A stretch of 64,000 bases of DNA from Obrimoposthia wandeli. Its lineage: Eukaryota. Both the position numbers and the translations under genes were made by a program. Shown here piece by piece: positions 49,899-60,561 of the stretch. Where the stretch lies: positions 372,001-436,000 of the forward strand of contig CDROCS010000506.1 of assembly GCA_977020255.1 (NCBI GenBank). Direction: 5' to 3'. The notes beneath the pieces are model-generated. The model worked only from the letters and a program-made list of their open reading frames with translations. It was not told the DNA's origin and did not search any database. Each line of letters starts with the position of its first letter. Within the stretch, counting starts at the first letter, position 1.

Positions 49899-51590
49899 AT
49901 GGAATTAATCCCCTCTCTATTACAACAAATGTGTGTTTACCTCGTCTTTGCTTATTTGCTTAGCAAAACCCCGATCTTTATGCCGTTGTTAAACATATCG
50001 TCACGCTGGGAACATAAGTTTAGCTGTTACTTAATATTCTCAATGTTTTGTATCATGGGCAGTTATTTTGGCCTGCAATATGAAGATGCAATCGCCAATA
50101 CCCGTGCTATCGGCGCTGTAATGGGTGGTTTGTTTGGTGGACCAATAGTCGGCTTAGCCGTTGGTATGACAGGTGGAATACATCGTTATTTCATGGGTGG
50201 TTTTACCGATGTAGCGTGTGCTATTTCAACGTCTGTCGAAGGCCTAATTGGTGGTTTACTGCATGTTTATCTATTGCGAAAAAACAAGATAAACTACTTA
50301 TTCAAACCACAAGTTATCTTTCTTATTACCTTGTTTGCAGAACTGACCCAAATGGCGATAATACTGCTTGTCGCAGAACCTTATCAACAAGCGTATGACT
50401 TAGTCAGTTCTGTCGCAATACCCATGATCTTAGCCAATACTATCGGTGCGGTGTTATTCATGAGTATTATTGAAGATAGAAAGTCTATTTATGAAAAATA
50501 CTCTACTGCTTTTTCACAACGCGCTCTTAGAATAGCTGATCGCAGTGTCGGTATTCTCACTCAAGGACTCAATACTGAAAGTGCGCAAACAATTGCTCGC
50601 ATCATTCATGAAGAGACCAATGTGGGTGCTATCGCCATCACGGATACCAAAAATATCTTAGCGTTTATCGGCATCGGCGAACAACACCATCATGCTAATG
50701 TGCCTATATCTAGCTGCATTCAGCAAGCTATCGATGAAAACCGTATTATAGATTTAAATACCAATGCCGATACCTACCAATGCAAAATTAATCGACGCTG
50801 CCGTCTAGGCACTGCAATCATCCTGCCGTTACGCAATGGTGATAATAAAGTGGTCGGCACCATCAAGCTCTATGAAGCTCGCCGAAAACTACTGTCTAAC
50901 ATCAACATATCAATGGCTGAAGGTATCGCGCAATTACTGTCTAGTCAGATATTACTGGGTCACTATCAACAGCAACAAACCTTGTTAACACAAGCAGAGC
51001 TGAAATTATTACATGCCCAAGTTAATCCGCACTTCTTGTTCAATGCATTAACAACAATCAGTGCTGTAACACGTCGTGAACCCGAAAAAGCGAGAATGTT
51101 AATACAGCACCTGTCGCAATTTTTTCGTAAAAATCTAAAACAAAATATCGAGTCGGTCAGCTTGCGCGAGGAGTTGTCGCATGTAAATGCCTACCTCACG
51201 ATAGAACAAGCAAGACTGACTAATCGATTACGTGTAAGCGTTGATATCGACCCTGCATTAATGGATATAAAACTACCCACGTTCACGTTGCAACCCTTGA
51301 TTGAAAATGCCATTAAACACGGTATTTCAACTATGTTGAGCGCGGGTAAGTTAGAGATATACAGCCATAAAACAGCTGAAGGAACACGTATTTTTGTGAC
51401 TGACAATGCGGGTACATTTGTCACCAACCAAGAAGAATCAACGGGGTTAGGACTTAAAATCGTAGACAAGCGACTCGTTAATCATTTTAATGAGCGCTCA
51501 AGTCTACAAATAGCAACAACCAAGAATAAGCTGACTCAAGTATCATTTTTGCTGCCTACAAGCACGCTAACAACAAATAAGGAAAACTAA
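49899..51590 (+). CDS. btsS: LytS-family sensor histidine kinase BtsS/YehU
   Basis: 5TM-LytS region (ANTRAIGAVMGGLFGGP..G), GAF, LHAQVNPHFLFNAL, LQPLIENAIKHG. Confidence 0.88.
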   Translation: MELIPSLLQQMCVYLVFAYLLSKTPIFMPLLNISSRWEHKFSCYLIFSMFCIMGSYFGLQYEDAIANTRAIGAVMGGLFGGPIVGLAVGMTGGIHRYFMGGFTDVACAISTSVEGLIGGLLHVYLLRKNKINYLFKPQVIFLITLFAELTQMAIILLVAEPYQQAYDLVSSVAIPMILANTIGAVLFMSIIEDRKSIYEKYSTAFSQRALRIADRSVGILTQGLNTESAQTIARIIHEETNVGAIAITDTKNILAFIGIGEQHHHANVPISSCIQQAIDENRIIDLNTNADTYQCKINRRCRLGTAIILPLRNGDNKVVGTIKLYEARRKLLSNINISMAEGIAQLLSSQILLGHYQQQQTLLTQAELKLLHAQVNPHFLFNALTTISAVTRREPEKARMLIQHLSQFFRKNLKQNIESVSLREELSHVNAYLTIEQARLTNRLRVSVDIDPALMDIKLPTFTLQPLIENAIKHGISTMLSAGKLEIYSHKTAEGTRIFVTDNAGTFVTNQEESTGLGLKIVDKRLVNHFNERSSLQIATTKNKLTQVSFLLPTSTLTTNKEN

Positions 51591-51593
51591 CTC

Positions 51594-52307
51594 ATGCTTA
51601 GCGCTATTGTCATTGACGACGAACAGTATGCTCGTGAAGAGTTAATCGAATTATTACATGAAACCAAAAAAGTTCAGGTAATTCAACAAGCAGAAAATGC
51701 AATTGAAGGGTTACAATTAATTAATAAATACAAACCTGATATTATATTTTTAGACATTCAGATGCCACAAATAACCGGTATCGAGATGCTGTCGATGTTA
51801 AATACTGACACTATGCCGAAAGTTATTTTTTCAACAGCATACGACCAATATGCTGTACAGGCGTTTGAAGAAAATGCCTTTGATTATTTACTCAAACCGG
51901 TTGATCCAGCCCGTCTCCAAAAAACTGTCGAGCGCTTGGTAAAATCAACCCAACAGCCAAGTTATGATGCCATCACATTGACACACTTAGAGCACGTACC
52001 TTGTATTGGTCACAATCGTATTTTGATTATCGCGACAGACGATATTGAGTTTGCTCACAGTGGACTATCAGGCGTATACATTAATACTGGCCAGCAAGAA
52101 GCGACAAGTCAGTTAACGTTAAAGATATTGGAAGAAAAAACCCCGATGATCCGCTGTCATCGACAATATCTAGTTAATTTAAAGGCTATTAAAGAAATTC
52201 AATTATTAGATAATGGTTTGGCTGAAATAATGACAAACAGTGGTAAAACGCTCCCCGTTAGCCGCCGTTATTTGAAACGGTTAAAACAAAAATTAGGCAT
52301 TCTTTAA
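51594..52307 (+). CDS. btsR: LytTR-family response regulator BtsR/YehT
   Basis: IDDEQYAR, FLDIQMP, FDYLLKP, RCHRQYLVNL, LPVSRRY. Confidence 0.9.
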   Translation: MLSAIVIDDEQYAREELIELLHETKKVQVIQQAENAIEGLQLINKYKPDIIFLDIQMPQITGIEMLSMLNTDTMPKVIFSTAYDQYAVQAFEENAFDYLLKPVDPARLQKTVERLVKSTQQPSYDAITLTHLEHVPCIGHNRILIIATDDIEFAHSGLSGVYINTGQQEATSQLTLKILEEKTPMIRCHRQYLVNLKAIKEIQLLDNGLAEIMTNSGKTLPVSRRYLKRLKQKLGIL

Positions 52308-52320
52308 GCATTATGTGACT

Positions 52321-52364
52321 AAAAAAATAGCCTTACCACGTTAGTCGTGAGTAAGGCTATTTTT
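52321..52364. terminator. Bidirectional Rho-independent terminator after btsR
   Basis: aaaaaaatagccttac...gtaaggctattttt; A run and T run on either side. Confidence 0.85.
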
Positions 52365-52484
52365 ATGCAAAAGACTGAATATAAAGAAACACTACTTAAA
52401 TGTATAATCACTTTTTTCACCCCTGCCAGGCTGACTTACATTCAATCTTTTATGCATCCCTGTCAGCAATTGTGCTGTACGAGT

Positions 52485-52529
52485 TTAGTTGATAGACGCA
52501 AGCCACCAAAAAAAATACAACAAACTCAT
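52485..52529 (-). CDS. Putative 14-aa hydrophobic peptide MSLLYFFWWLASIN (not in ORF track)
   Basis: Strong SD AAGGAG then atctat-ATG; SD lies in the loop of the hairpin 52525-52552; TAAAAT -10 candidate at 52557-52562. Confidence 0.5.
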   Translation of the reverse strand: MSLLYFFWWLASIN

Positions 52530-52596
52530 ATAGATCTCCTTATTTATATGAGCGTAATTTTAGTAACATAGGCATATATTAATAGTATTGATTCAG

Positions 52597-52624
52597 TCAG
52601 TGGCAATATGGCAAATTAAGTGGT
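52597..52624 (-). promoter_or_regulatory. Candidate BtsR (LytTR) direct-repeat site
   Basis: Minus strand ACCACTTA-N12-GCCACTGA. The recalled E. coli consensus is ACC[G/A]CT[C/T]A with a 13-bp spacer. A further GCCACTTA lies at 52679-52686. Confidence 0.45.
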
Positions 52625-52692
52625 TTATGTTACCGGTAAAACAAGCCAATACTCACACTATATGGTCGCTAGGAAGATTAAGTGGCAGCAAT

Positions 52693-52725
52693 AAAAAAAG
52701 CCCTTAATCAAATAATTAAGGGCTT
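52693..52725 (-). terminator. Rho-independent terminator of the SEC-C gene
   Basis: aaaaaaagcccttaat-caaata-attaagggctt. Confidence 0.85.
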
Positions 52726-52771
52726 AATAATATATAGTTTAAATACTAAAATAAATTATGCAAAAATCAAA

Positions 52772-53104
52772 TTATCCACAACATTTTTTGTATTTTTTGC
52801 CACTGCCACACAAGCAAGGTTCATTACGATTCGGCGTTTTTTCGAATACAGTTGTTTTTGGCTTATTCAACATACCGTCTAAATCACGGATGTTTTCTTC
52901 TTTATCTGCATTTACTTCAATGTTCGCAACTAATTTGGTTTCCGCTAAAATTGCTTCAATTTCAGTTTGACGTTCTACAGTTTGAACGTTCAAGTTTAAA
53001 GGCGATTCTTCCGACCCCAATTTAATATCACGCTTAGTGTTATAGCCACCTTTAACATGATTTAATCTTGCGTCAATACGACCTTTGAAAAACATTTTAG
53101 ACAT
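52772..53104 (-). CDS. SWIM/SEC-C metal-binding motif protein (PBPRA1643-like family)
   Basis: C-terminal [17 protein letters not shown]; N-terminal [18 protein letters not shown]. Confidence 0.88.
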   Translation of the reverse strand: MSKMFFKGRIDARLNHVKGGYNTKRDIKLGSEESPLNLNVQTVERQTEIEAILAETKLVANIEVNADKEENIRDLDGMLNKPKTTVFEKTPNRNEPCLCGSGKKYKKCCG

Positions 53105-53350
53105 TTTCAGTTTCCTAATTTGGGGATATTCTTAATTCAACCCGCCCTTATACTATAAAAATGCCTATTTATAAACACTCGAATGCTTAATTAATTAAAA
53201 GTAGGGTGAAAATTGATATATATAACTAAAGGTTTCACAAACTTAGCCGTTAACCTGTGTATTAACGTATCATGTTAAAATTAAATTATAATTATTACAT
53301 TAATTTTAATGGTTAACCTTTTATTATTTCTAGGCTAGGACAGCAACCCC

Positions 53351-55267
53351 ATGAATTTCAGTCAATTTAGCATTAAACAAAAACTGATCATAACCATGAT
53401 CAGTGCCGTGATAACCGCGACCTTACTCGTTGGTTTTGTAAGTCAGAACCTAGCCAAAGACGTTATTGAAACACGTTTAACGACATCTGAACTACCTGCT
53501 AAATTAATGCAGATCCGTAATGAGGTTGATAAAGAAATTTCGACCATACAACAAGCGGCAGAACAACTAGCCAGCAACCGCTTTATGCTAGAACGCCTTG
53601 ATAAAACCACAGCGCCTCAGCAAGAACAACAATTAGTCCAAACATTGAATGATGTTAAAAATCAGTACCAACTCATTGATGCTTCCATTGCCAACCGCAC
53701 AAATGGTAACTACTGGAATCAAGATGGGTTTTTACGTCAACTAAATCACCAACAAGATAGCTGGTTCTATGACTTCACCAGCAGTAATAAACCACAGTCG
53801 GTTAGTATTTTTAAAGAATCAAACGGTGAGACTAAACTTTTCATTAATTACCAACAGCTCAATGGCCTAGGTATGGCTGGTTTTTCTAAGTCACTTGATG
53901 ACATGGTTGATTTTATTAACCAGTTCAAACTAGAACAAACTGGTTTTGTGTACTTAGTCGATGCAAAAGGTATCGTGCGCTTACACAAAGATAATAACAA
54001 AATCGGTAAAGCAGACATAAGCAGCTTATATAGCCGAGATGTGGCATCAACGCTATTACAAAAAAGTGCATTTAACATGAGCGAAGCGGTTGTTGCAGGT
54101 CGTGATACGCATATAGCTAGTAGTTATATTCCATCAATGGATTGGTATGTGATCGCCGAATTACCAACCGAAGAAGCCTTTGCAACATTGTCACAAGCAA
54201 ATAATAAGATCATGTTATGGACGTTAGGCATTGCCCTCGCCTTTACCTTCATTGCTATCTGGTTAGGCAATACCATCACGCGTCCTATTCAACGTATCGC
54301 AGCTGTGTTTGCAGAACTTGGTAATGGTGACGGCGACTTACGTCAACGTATCGATATTCAAGGTAATGATGAAATCGCGCAACTGTCATTAGGCTTTAAT
54401 AGCTTTATCACCAAGATCCACGATTCGATGCAAGAAGTATCACGCACCGGTGAAGCATTACAAAGCGCGGCGACTGAAGTGGCTAAGCAAGCGCAAATTA
54501 CCTTAGATAATAGCCATGAACAGCGCGATCGTACTTTCCTTGTTGTTACCGCTATTAATGAAATGGGCGCAACGGTTAATGAAATTGCTGGTAATGCATC
54601 AAGTGCAGCAGGTGAAGCCCAAAGCGCTGAAACAGATACACGTAATGGCCAGCTTGTTGTTTCTCAAGCCAGTAACGTTATCCACCAGCTAGCGGGTGAT
54701 GTTGATGAAGTGAGCCAAGTTATCGACTCATTAGCCAATAACACTCAAGCGATTGGTAGTATTTTAGAAGTGATTAGCAGTATCTCGGCACAAACTAACT
54801 TGCTGGCTTTAAATGCCGCAATTGAAGCTGCACGAGCAGGTGAACAAGGTCGTGGTTTTGCCGTTGTTGCTGATGAAGTGCGTAACTTAGCCAGTCGCAC
54901 AGCGCAATCAACCAACGAAATTCAAACCATGATTGATAACTTACAAAATGAAGCGAAAAGTGCTGTTGCAGCGATGCTGAAAAGCCGTGAGTTAACCACA
55001 CAAGGCACCATAGCAACAACTGATACCTCCGCTGCCCTCGTATCTATTGGTGAGCGTATTTGCTTGATTTCGGACATGAATACCCAAGTCGCAACGGCAA
55101 CAGAAGAACAATCGACAGTGGTGAATGAGATTAACCAGAATATCGTCGAGATTAATGACATCACTCAGAGTACGGCAGATACTGCAGAAGGCTTAGCAAA
55201 ATCAAGTCATGAACTGCGTGATCTGTCGATACGTCTTGGTGATATGGTTGGTGTGTTTAAACTGTAG
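53351..55267 (+). CDS. Methyl-accepting chemotaxis protein with dCache sensor
   Basis: 2 TM, periplasmic Cache region (SWFY, LFINY, GFVYLVD), [35 protein letters not shown]. Confidence 0.93.
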   Translation: MNFSQFSIKQKLIITMISAVITATLLVGFVSQNLAKDVIETRLTTSELPAKLMQIRNEVDKEISTIQQAAEQLASNRFMLERLDKTTAPQQEQQLVQTLNDVKNQYQLIDASIANRTNGNYWNQDGFLRQLNHQQDSWFYDFTSSNKPQSVSIFKESNGETKLFINYQQLNGLGMAGFSKSLDDMVDFINQFKLEQTGFVYLVDAKGIVRLHKDNNKIGKADISSLYSRDVASTLLQKSAFNMSEAVVAGRDTHIASSYIPSMDWYVIAELPTEEAFATLSQANNKIMLWTLGIALAFTFIAIWLGNTITRPIQRIAAVFAELGNGDGDLRQRIDIQGNDEIAQLSLGFNSFITKIHDSMQEVSRTGEALQSAATEVAKQAQITLDNSHEQRDRTFLVVTAINEMGATVNEIAGNASSAAGEAQSAETDTRNGQLVVSQASNVIHQLAGDVDEVSQVIDSLANNTQAIGSILEVISSISAQTNLLALNAAIEAARAGEQGRGFAVVADEVRNLASRTAQSTNEIQTMIDNLQNEAKSAVAAMLKSRELTTQGTIATTDTSAALVSIGERICLISDMNTQVATATEEQSTVVNEINQNIVEINDITQSTADTAEGLAKSSHELRDLSIRLGDMVGVFKL

Positions 55268-55303
55268 TGTAGTGCTGTAATGCTTTACTAATGAACTAAA
55301 CGC

Positions 55304-55331
55304 ACTAGGCCCTGTATATACAGGGCCTAGT
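55304..55331. terminator. Hairpin between convergent genes
   Basis: actaggccctgta-ta-tacagggcctagt perfect inverted repeat. Confidence 0.75.
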
Positions 55332-55386
55332 CGTTACTAATATCGGTTGGTTACTAGCTACTTACTTATTACTTATTAAAGCCAGC

Positions 55387-55614
55387 TTAAAATAAGCTGA
55401 CTCTCTTTGATTCGATTTTAGATGGTTTGGCTAAGCAAGCATTGCGAGTCTTAATATCACAATCATCACATTTGTCCTTAATGTCGCCCATGCCTAAATG
55501 CATCAACAGCTGTGAAATATTTTCGATCTTGTCACCTTTACAATTAACTTGACGAACATTACTTTCGCTCTGTTCAGTACAATGTCGGCTCGGTGTAGAC
55601 TCTTGAATTGTCAA
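55387..55614 (-). CDS. Small Cys-containing hypothetical protein
   Basis: 75-aa ORF with an aagga-like SD upstream; HC...C...CDDC...C pattern. Confidence 0.55.
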   Translation of the reverse strand: MTIQESTPSRHCTEQSESNVRQVNCKGDKIENISQLLMHLGMGDIKDKCDDCDIKTRNACLAKPSKIESKRVSLF

Positions 55615-55708
55615 AATAAAATATCCTTACTTTAGAAATCAGATTCCAGGCACAATAGGTTTGGTTAAACCGATGACCTAAAGTACCTCTATAGGGATAA
55701 TAACAAAA

Positions 55709-55724
55709 CATGACATAGATCACA
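55709..55724. promoter_or_regulatory. Possible CRP site
   Basis: CATGA-cataga-TCACA versus TGTGA-N6-TCACA. Confidence 0.35.
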
Positions 55725-55737
55725 ATATTATTAATGA

Positions 55738-56316
55738 TTAAATAACGTTAAGCGTCGCTATTAAGGTTTTGTTCTGCACTTCAATTGACTCTAATACCGC
55801 TTTAACCATGGTTTGGGTTACATCATCTTTGAGTTTATAAATTGGCATTTTATCCAATACTGGATTAACCACCTGCTCCGCCATTTGCTTCACTTGTGGG
55901 GTAAAGAACTCTGGCATACCTTCAACTTTCACCTCATGCACTTGCATATTAGTGACATAGAACGCCGCATTTTCAGCTTTATAGCTCAATGAACCAGTAA
56001 GCCGTGCATAACCCTTGTTCGCTAGATCACCTATTAACAGCTTAACGTTTAACTGCAGTTCAATTTCATTTTTGTCTTTCGCTAACGTCAATATAGGATT
56101 AGTTAACTCTACCGTCATAAAAGCCGTTTTCTTAATTAACGGCATTGCGTTAGAGACTTTTTGTTGTAATTCGGCTTCACTAAACTTCACTGTCAGCGCT
56201 TGTGCTGGAAATGCTGATACGCACAGTAATAACAGGCTAACCATTAATTTATTCATTACTTTACCTTTCATGGTTTTAAATCGATTGTTCATCACTTTCA
56301 CTCTACTTTTTATCAT
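55738..56316 (-). CDS. DUF1439 (YceB-like) family protein
   Basis: Signal peptide, FSEAELQQKV, L.Y.AE..AFY, PIYKL. True start is probably at a downstream Met (MKGKV/MNKL). Confidence 0.75.
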   Translation of the reverse strand: MIKSRVKVMNNRFKTMKGKVMNKLMVSLLLLCVSAFPAQALTVKFSEAELQQKVSNAMPLIKKTAFMTVELTNPILTLAKDKNEIELQLNVKLLIGDLANKGYARLTGSLSYKAENAAFYVTNMQVHEVKVEGMPEFFTPQVKQMAEQVVNPVLDKMPIYKLKDDVTQTMVKAVLESIEVQNKTLIATLNVI

Positions 56317-56324
56317 CGACGCAC

Positions 56325-57035
56325 TTACTCGCCACCGTCAGTGCTAGCACTAAAACCAACACGGTTATCGCCGACTGAATAAGCGATAATTTGGCTTAGC
56401 TCTTGTAGGCTATAGCCTGACTGTTTTTGCCACTGATTAAACGCGTTTTGAATAGTGGTCAAGCTACGTTTCGTCATCAAACCACCGTCGATAAGTTGAT
56501 GGCCACGGAAATAAGCTTCTACATCAGAGCTCAAAATAAAGGTATCTTTACCTAGTCTACGCAATGCATAAGGACCGGTATTCCCCCCTAAACGACTGCC
56601 GTGTTTTTTCATGTATTGCCACAAACCAACCACATCATCTGCTGGCCACTGCGCTAACCACTTTGAGACTGAACCATATTCGTCACAGATCTCTTTCAGC
56701 CACATCGCATTATCACGTACTGTTTTTACTTTAGTGTAGTTACGAATGATTTTAGTATCAGCCGCTTTACGTTCTAACATGTCATCAGGCATTAAGATCA
56801 GTTTATCAATGTCGAAACCCCAGAACACCTCTTCAAAGCCAGCCCACTTAATTTCAATAATTCGCCATACAAACCCTGATTTAAAGATCGCGCGCGTAAA
56901 CTCAGCCAGTACATCGCTGTCCGTCACTCTAACAAGCTCATCGTTTGTCAGTGGTTGCGATATCAAATATGCTAATGCTTGCTCCCCACCTTTACGTTCT
57001 GCAGCTCGATGGTATATTTTGTCGAATGATTCCAT
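56325..57035 (-). CDS. DNA-3-methyladenine glycosylase I family protein
   Basis: IFKSGFVWRIIEIKWAGFEEVFWGFD, IIRNYTKV, GSRLGGNTG.YALRRLGKD. Confidence 0.85.
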   Translation of the reverse strand: MESFDKIYHRAAERKGGEQALAYLISQPLTNDELVRVTDSDVLAEFTRAIFKSGFVWRIIEIKWAGFEEVFWGFDIDKLILMPDDMLERKAADTKIIRNYTKVKTVRDNAMWLKEICDEYGSVSKWLAQWPADDVVGLWQYMKKHGSRLGGNTGPYALRRLGKDTFILSSDVEAYFRGHQLIDGGLMTKRSLTTIQNAFNQWQKQSGYSLQELSQIIAYSVGDNRVGFSASTDGGE

Positions 57036-57239
57036 TACGTATCTCTAACCCGTGTAAATATGTGTGATAAGTCTACAGTAAATTAGATTTGTCCAAAAAC
57101 ATTTTTACTTATGCTTATCGATTTTTATTTTTACTTATAAATATAGTTTTACTTATAAATACAGTGATCACCACGACAAAAATTCGACATTTAAGTAGCT
57201 ATAATAATAACAACATCCAAGGATAGGCATATAATTATA

Positions 57240-58478
57240 ATGAAAAAACGACTCTTACCATTACTCTTGTCATCAATGTGTTTTCCAATTGTAGTGCCAA
57301 TCATATCGTTAACGGCTCAAGCAGAAACGACAGAAACTAATATCGCTAGCCACTCTAGTTTTAAGAATAACTTAGACGAGATCCAGCAAGATTTTTATCG
57401 CGGTTTACGCTTTGAAGATTGGACCAAAACAGGCTTGGCTGAAATAGAAATCAAAAAAGTGTTAGAAAGCATCCACAGTGATAGCAAATTAAGAGATGCA
57501 GAAAACCTCAATCAACCTACATTTTGGACCTATGAATTCTCGCAAGCGGCAGATTTATTACAGCAGCAAGCGCAGCAATTAAAAAATCCTAAAGCGTCAG
57601 CAAAAGCCTACATGAAAGCATCAACCATGTACCTTATTGCTAGCTACCCGAATTTGAAACGCCCGAATGAGATTTTAGCGTTAGATAACGCGGTAAATAG
57701 CTACGTTAAATCACTGCAACTCGCCGGTGATAATGTCGAACTTGTACGTTTACCACTAGCCGATGGGACTAGCGTGCCTGGCATCTTACATTTACCAGCA
57801 CAAGGTTCTCATCTGCCTGCAGTGATCTGGTCTGGCGGTGTTGATAAAACCCTGATCGAACACCATGCATCGGTGGTAAAATTAAATGCTGAAGGTTACG
57901 CGGTATTAACCTTTGATATGCCTGGCGGCGGATTAGATTACAAACATGCATTAACGGTTGGCGAGCTAGATAGTTCTCATAACGCGGCCTTTAAATATTT
58001 ACAACAGAATGACAATATCAACGCTGACCGTATTGGTGTATTAGGATCTTCTGGTAGCGGCCCTGCCCTGCTTGAATTTGCCCTTAACGAACCCAAACTC
58101 AAAGCCGTGGTTGCACGTTGTTCTTTGGTTGATGGACCGTTAACAAACCACAAATTACTCGACTTCATTCCGGCCATGTCTGCAGATGCGTTGATTGCAC
58201 GTTTAGGTGGCGACCCGAGTGATATGAACTATTACATAAATAACGCAGCTAAATACTCGCTGGCAACCCGTGGTTACTTTGATGGTAAAGCGCGAATTGA
58301 TACACCATTGTTAGCTATCAATACCAACAAAGACCCTGTAGCTATGCCTGAAGACGTGAAGAAGACTGCAGCATTATCATCACAAGGTGAAACAGCATTT
58401 TTTGGCAAGGTTGGCCACTGCCCTGATAGTGAAGCAGCCAGTGATTATGTGATTAGTTTTTTAACTGAACATATTTAG
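57240..58478 (+). CDS. Exported FrsA-like alpha/beta hydrolase (esterase)
   Basis: Signal peptide AQA-E, SGGVD, FDMPGGG, GSSGSG nucleophile, NKDP Asp, VGHC His. Confidence 0.75.
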   Translation: MKKRLLPLLLSSMCFPIVVPIISLTAQAETTETNIASHSSFKNNLDEIQQDFYRGLRFEDWTKTGLAEIEIKKVLESIHSDSKLRDAENLNQPTFWTYEFSQAADLLQQQAQQLKNPKASAKAYMKASTMYLIASYPNLKRPNEILALDNAVNSYVKSLQLAGDNVELVRLPLADGTSVPGILHLPAQGSHLPAVIWSGGVDKTLIEHHASVVKLNAEGYAVLTFDMPGGGLDYKHALTVGELDSSHNAAFKYLQQNDNINADRIGVLGSSGSGPALLEFALNEPKLKAVVARCSLVDGPLTNHKLLDFIPAMSADALIARLGGDPSDMNYYINNAAKYSLATRGYFDGKARIDTPLLAINTNKDPVAMPEDVKKTAALSSQGETAFFGKVGHCPDSEAASDYVISFLTEHI

Positions 58479-58498
58479 TACGGCCAAAGTTAAAGCAT

Positions 58499-58537
58499 AA
58501 AAAAACGCGCTACTTAATGAAAAGTAAGCGCGTTTTT
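58499..58537. terminator. Bidirectional terminator
   Basis: aaaaaaacgcgctactt...aagtaagcgcgttttt. Confidence 0.8.
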
Positions 58538-58609
58538 ATTCAGCTTTGATAGATAGTCTTCAAGGCCAGTCTGCTATTAATAGTAGGCTAACTGCAGACT
58601 AGCTTCGAA

Positions 58610-59836
58610 CTACCCCTGCCAACGTTTAAATAGCAATGAGGTATTGATACCACCAAAGGCAAAGTTGTTACTCATCACCACATCAGTGTGGATCTCACGA
58701 CCTTCGCCACGAATATAATCCAAATCACCACATTCTTCTGCGATGTTATCTAAATTGATGGTCGGTGCGAACCAGTTGTCTTGCATCATGTTGATTGATG
58801 CCCACGCTTCAATGGCACCACAGGCACCGAGAGTATGGCCTAAATAGCTCTTTAATGAACTAATTGGTTTTCTACCTAGCGCATTGGCTGTGGCATTGGT
58901 TTCAGCAATATCACCACGATCTGTTGCTGTGCCATGCGCGCACACATAACCAATTTCAGCAATATCGATATTGGCATCTGCAACCGCTTGCTCGATGGCA
59001 ATTTGCATTGTCTCGGCAGTTGGTTGGGTTACGTGTTTACCATCTGAATTACAACCAAAACCAATGATTTCAGCATAAATCGTCGCACCACGTGCAAGTG
59101 CATGCTCTAGCTCTTCTAAAATAAGCGTACAAGCACCTTCGCCAATAACCAGACCATCACGGTCTTTATCAAATGGACGTGGCGTCAGCGTTGGTGTGTC
59201 GTTTTTAACACTGGTTGCATACAAGGTATCAAATACTGCCGCTTCGGTAATACACAGCTCTTCTGCGCCACCAGCAACCATCAAATTTTGACGGCCAAAT
59301 TTAATTGCTTCATACGCATAACCAATACCTTGTGAACCCGAGGTACAGGCAGAACTCGTTGTAATAACGCGGCCAGTCAAACCAAAGAATACACCAACAT
59401 TCACCGGCGCTGTGTGTGACATTGTTTGGATATAGCTTGTCGCTGTCACGCCAGACATATTGCCCGTATCCATCATGCGGCTAAAATTAATTAACGGCTC
59501 GGTAGAACCCACAGATGAACCGTAGGAAATACCGGTACTGCCATCGGTTAATGCCGGGTGATCTAATAATTGCGCTTGTTCTAGCGCCAATTCAGTGGCC
59601 CGTGTCGACATTAACGACACACGCCCCATCGAACGCACTTGCTTGCGCTTATAGTGTTTCGGTTTTTCAAAATGTAATACTGGCGCAGCTAAACGGGTAT
59701 TCAGACCGTCAAGGTAATCCCATTCAGGCATCACTTTAACGGCATTTTCGCCCTTCTCTAATCCTGCTTTAAACGTTGCCCAATCATCGCCAAGCGCAGT
59801 GATTGCAGACATACCCGTTACAACAACTCTTCTCAT
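58610..59836 (-). CDS. Beta-ketoacyl-ACP synthase (FabF/ApeR-like)
   Basis: MRRVVVTG start coupled to the upstream stop; SSACTSG catalytic Cys, CAHGTAT..GD, YLGHTLGACG, SNNFAFGG. Confidence 0.9.
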   Translation of the reverse strand: MRRVVVTGMSAITALGDDWATFKAGLEKGENAVKVMPEWDYLDGLNTRLAAPVLHFEKPKHYKRKQVRSMGRVSLMSTRATELALEQAQLLDHPALTDGSTGISYGSSVGSTEPLINFSRMMDTGNMSGVTATSYIQTMSHTAPVNVGVFFGLTGRVITTSSACTSGSQGIGYAYEAIKFGRQNLMVAGGAEELCITEAAVFDTLYATSVKNDTPTLTPRPFDKDRDGLVIGEGACTLILEELEHALARGATIYAEIIGFGCNSDGKHVTQPTAETMQIAIEQAVADANIDIAEIGYVCAHGTATDRGDIAETNATANALGRKPISSLKSYLGHTLGACGAIEAWASINMMQDNWFAPTINLDNIAEECGDLDYIRGEGREIHTDVVMSNNFAFGGINTSLLFKRWQG

Positions 59837-60561
59837 TAGATCAATCCACCGTTCACAGAGATAACTTGACGCGTGATATAGGCAGCGCAATCTGATACCA
59901 GGAATGATACTGTGCCAGCCACTTCTTCAGGTTTGCCCATACGTTTTAATGGGATCATCTTTTTGATTTCATCCAGCGGTAAATCATTCGTCATGTCTGA
60001 CTCGATTAAACCCGGCGCAACGCAGTTCACCGTGATCTTACGTTTTGCCAGTTCTAGCGATAACGCTTTCGATGCCGCAATAATACCGCCTTTTGCAGCA
60101 CTGTAATTCACTTGCCCACGGTTACCCATGATGCCAGAAACAGAGGCCATAGTAACAATACGGCCACCTTGCTTAGCACGTACCATTGGCATAACCGTTG
60201 GGTGAATAACATTGTAGAAACCGTCTAAGCCAGTGCGGATCACATCATCCCAATCGCTGCCTTCCATTGATGGGAACGCCATGTCACGGGTAATACCAGC
60301 ATTACAGACTACGCCATAATAAGCACCGTGTTCAGCAATGTCAGCTTCAATACTGGCTTTTGCTGCCGCTCTATCGCACACATCAAACTGTAATAAGCTA
60401 GTCGCTTGACCGAGTTCTGCTATTTGTGCACACGTATCCTGCGCAGCTTCAACACCTGAACGGCAATGCACACTAATATCAAAACCGTCTTTGGCTAATT
60501 GCAGTGCGATCGCTTTACCCAGTCCACGACTTGAGCCTGTTACTAAAATACGTTTACTCAT
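59836..60561 (-). CDS. fabG: 3-oxoacyl-ACP reductase (FabG/ApeQ-like)
   Basis: TGSSRGLG, CNAG, NYSAAK, NCVAPG. Confidence 0.9.
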   Translation of the reverse strand: MSKRILVTGSSRGLGKAIALQLAKDGFDISVHCRSGVEAAQDTCAQIAELGQATSLLQFDVCDRAAAKASIEADIAEHGAYYGVVCNAGITRDMAFPSMEGSDWDDVIRTGLDGFYNVIHPTVMPMVRAKQGGRIVTMASVSGIMGNRGQVNYSAAKGGIIAASKALSLELAKRKITVNCVAPGLIESDMTNDLPLDEIKKMIPLKRMGKPEEVAGTVSFLVSDCAAYITRQVISVNGGLI

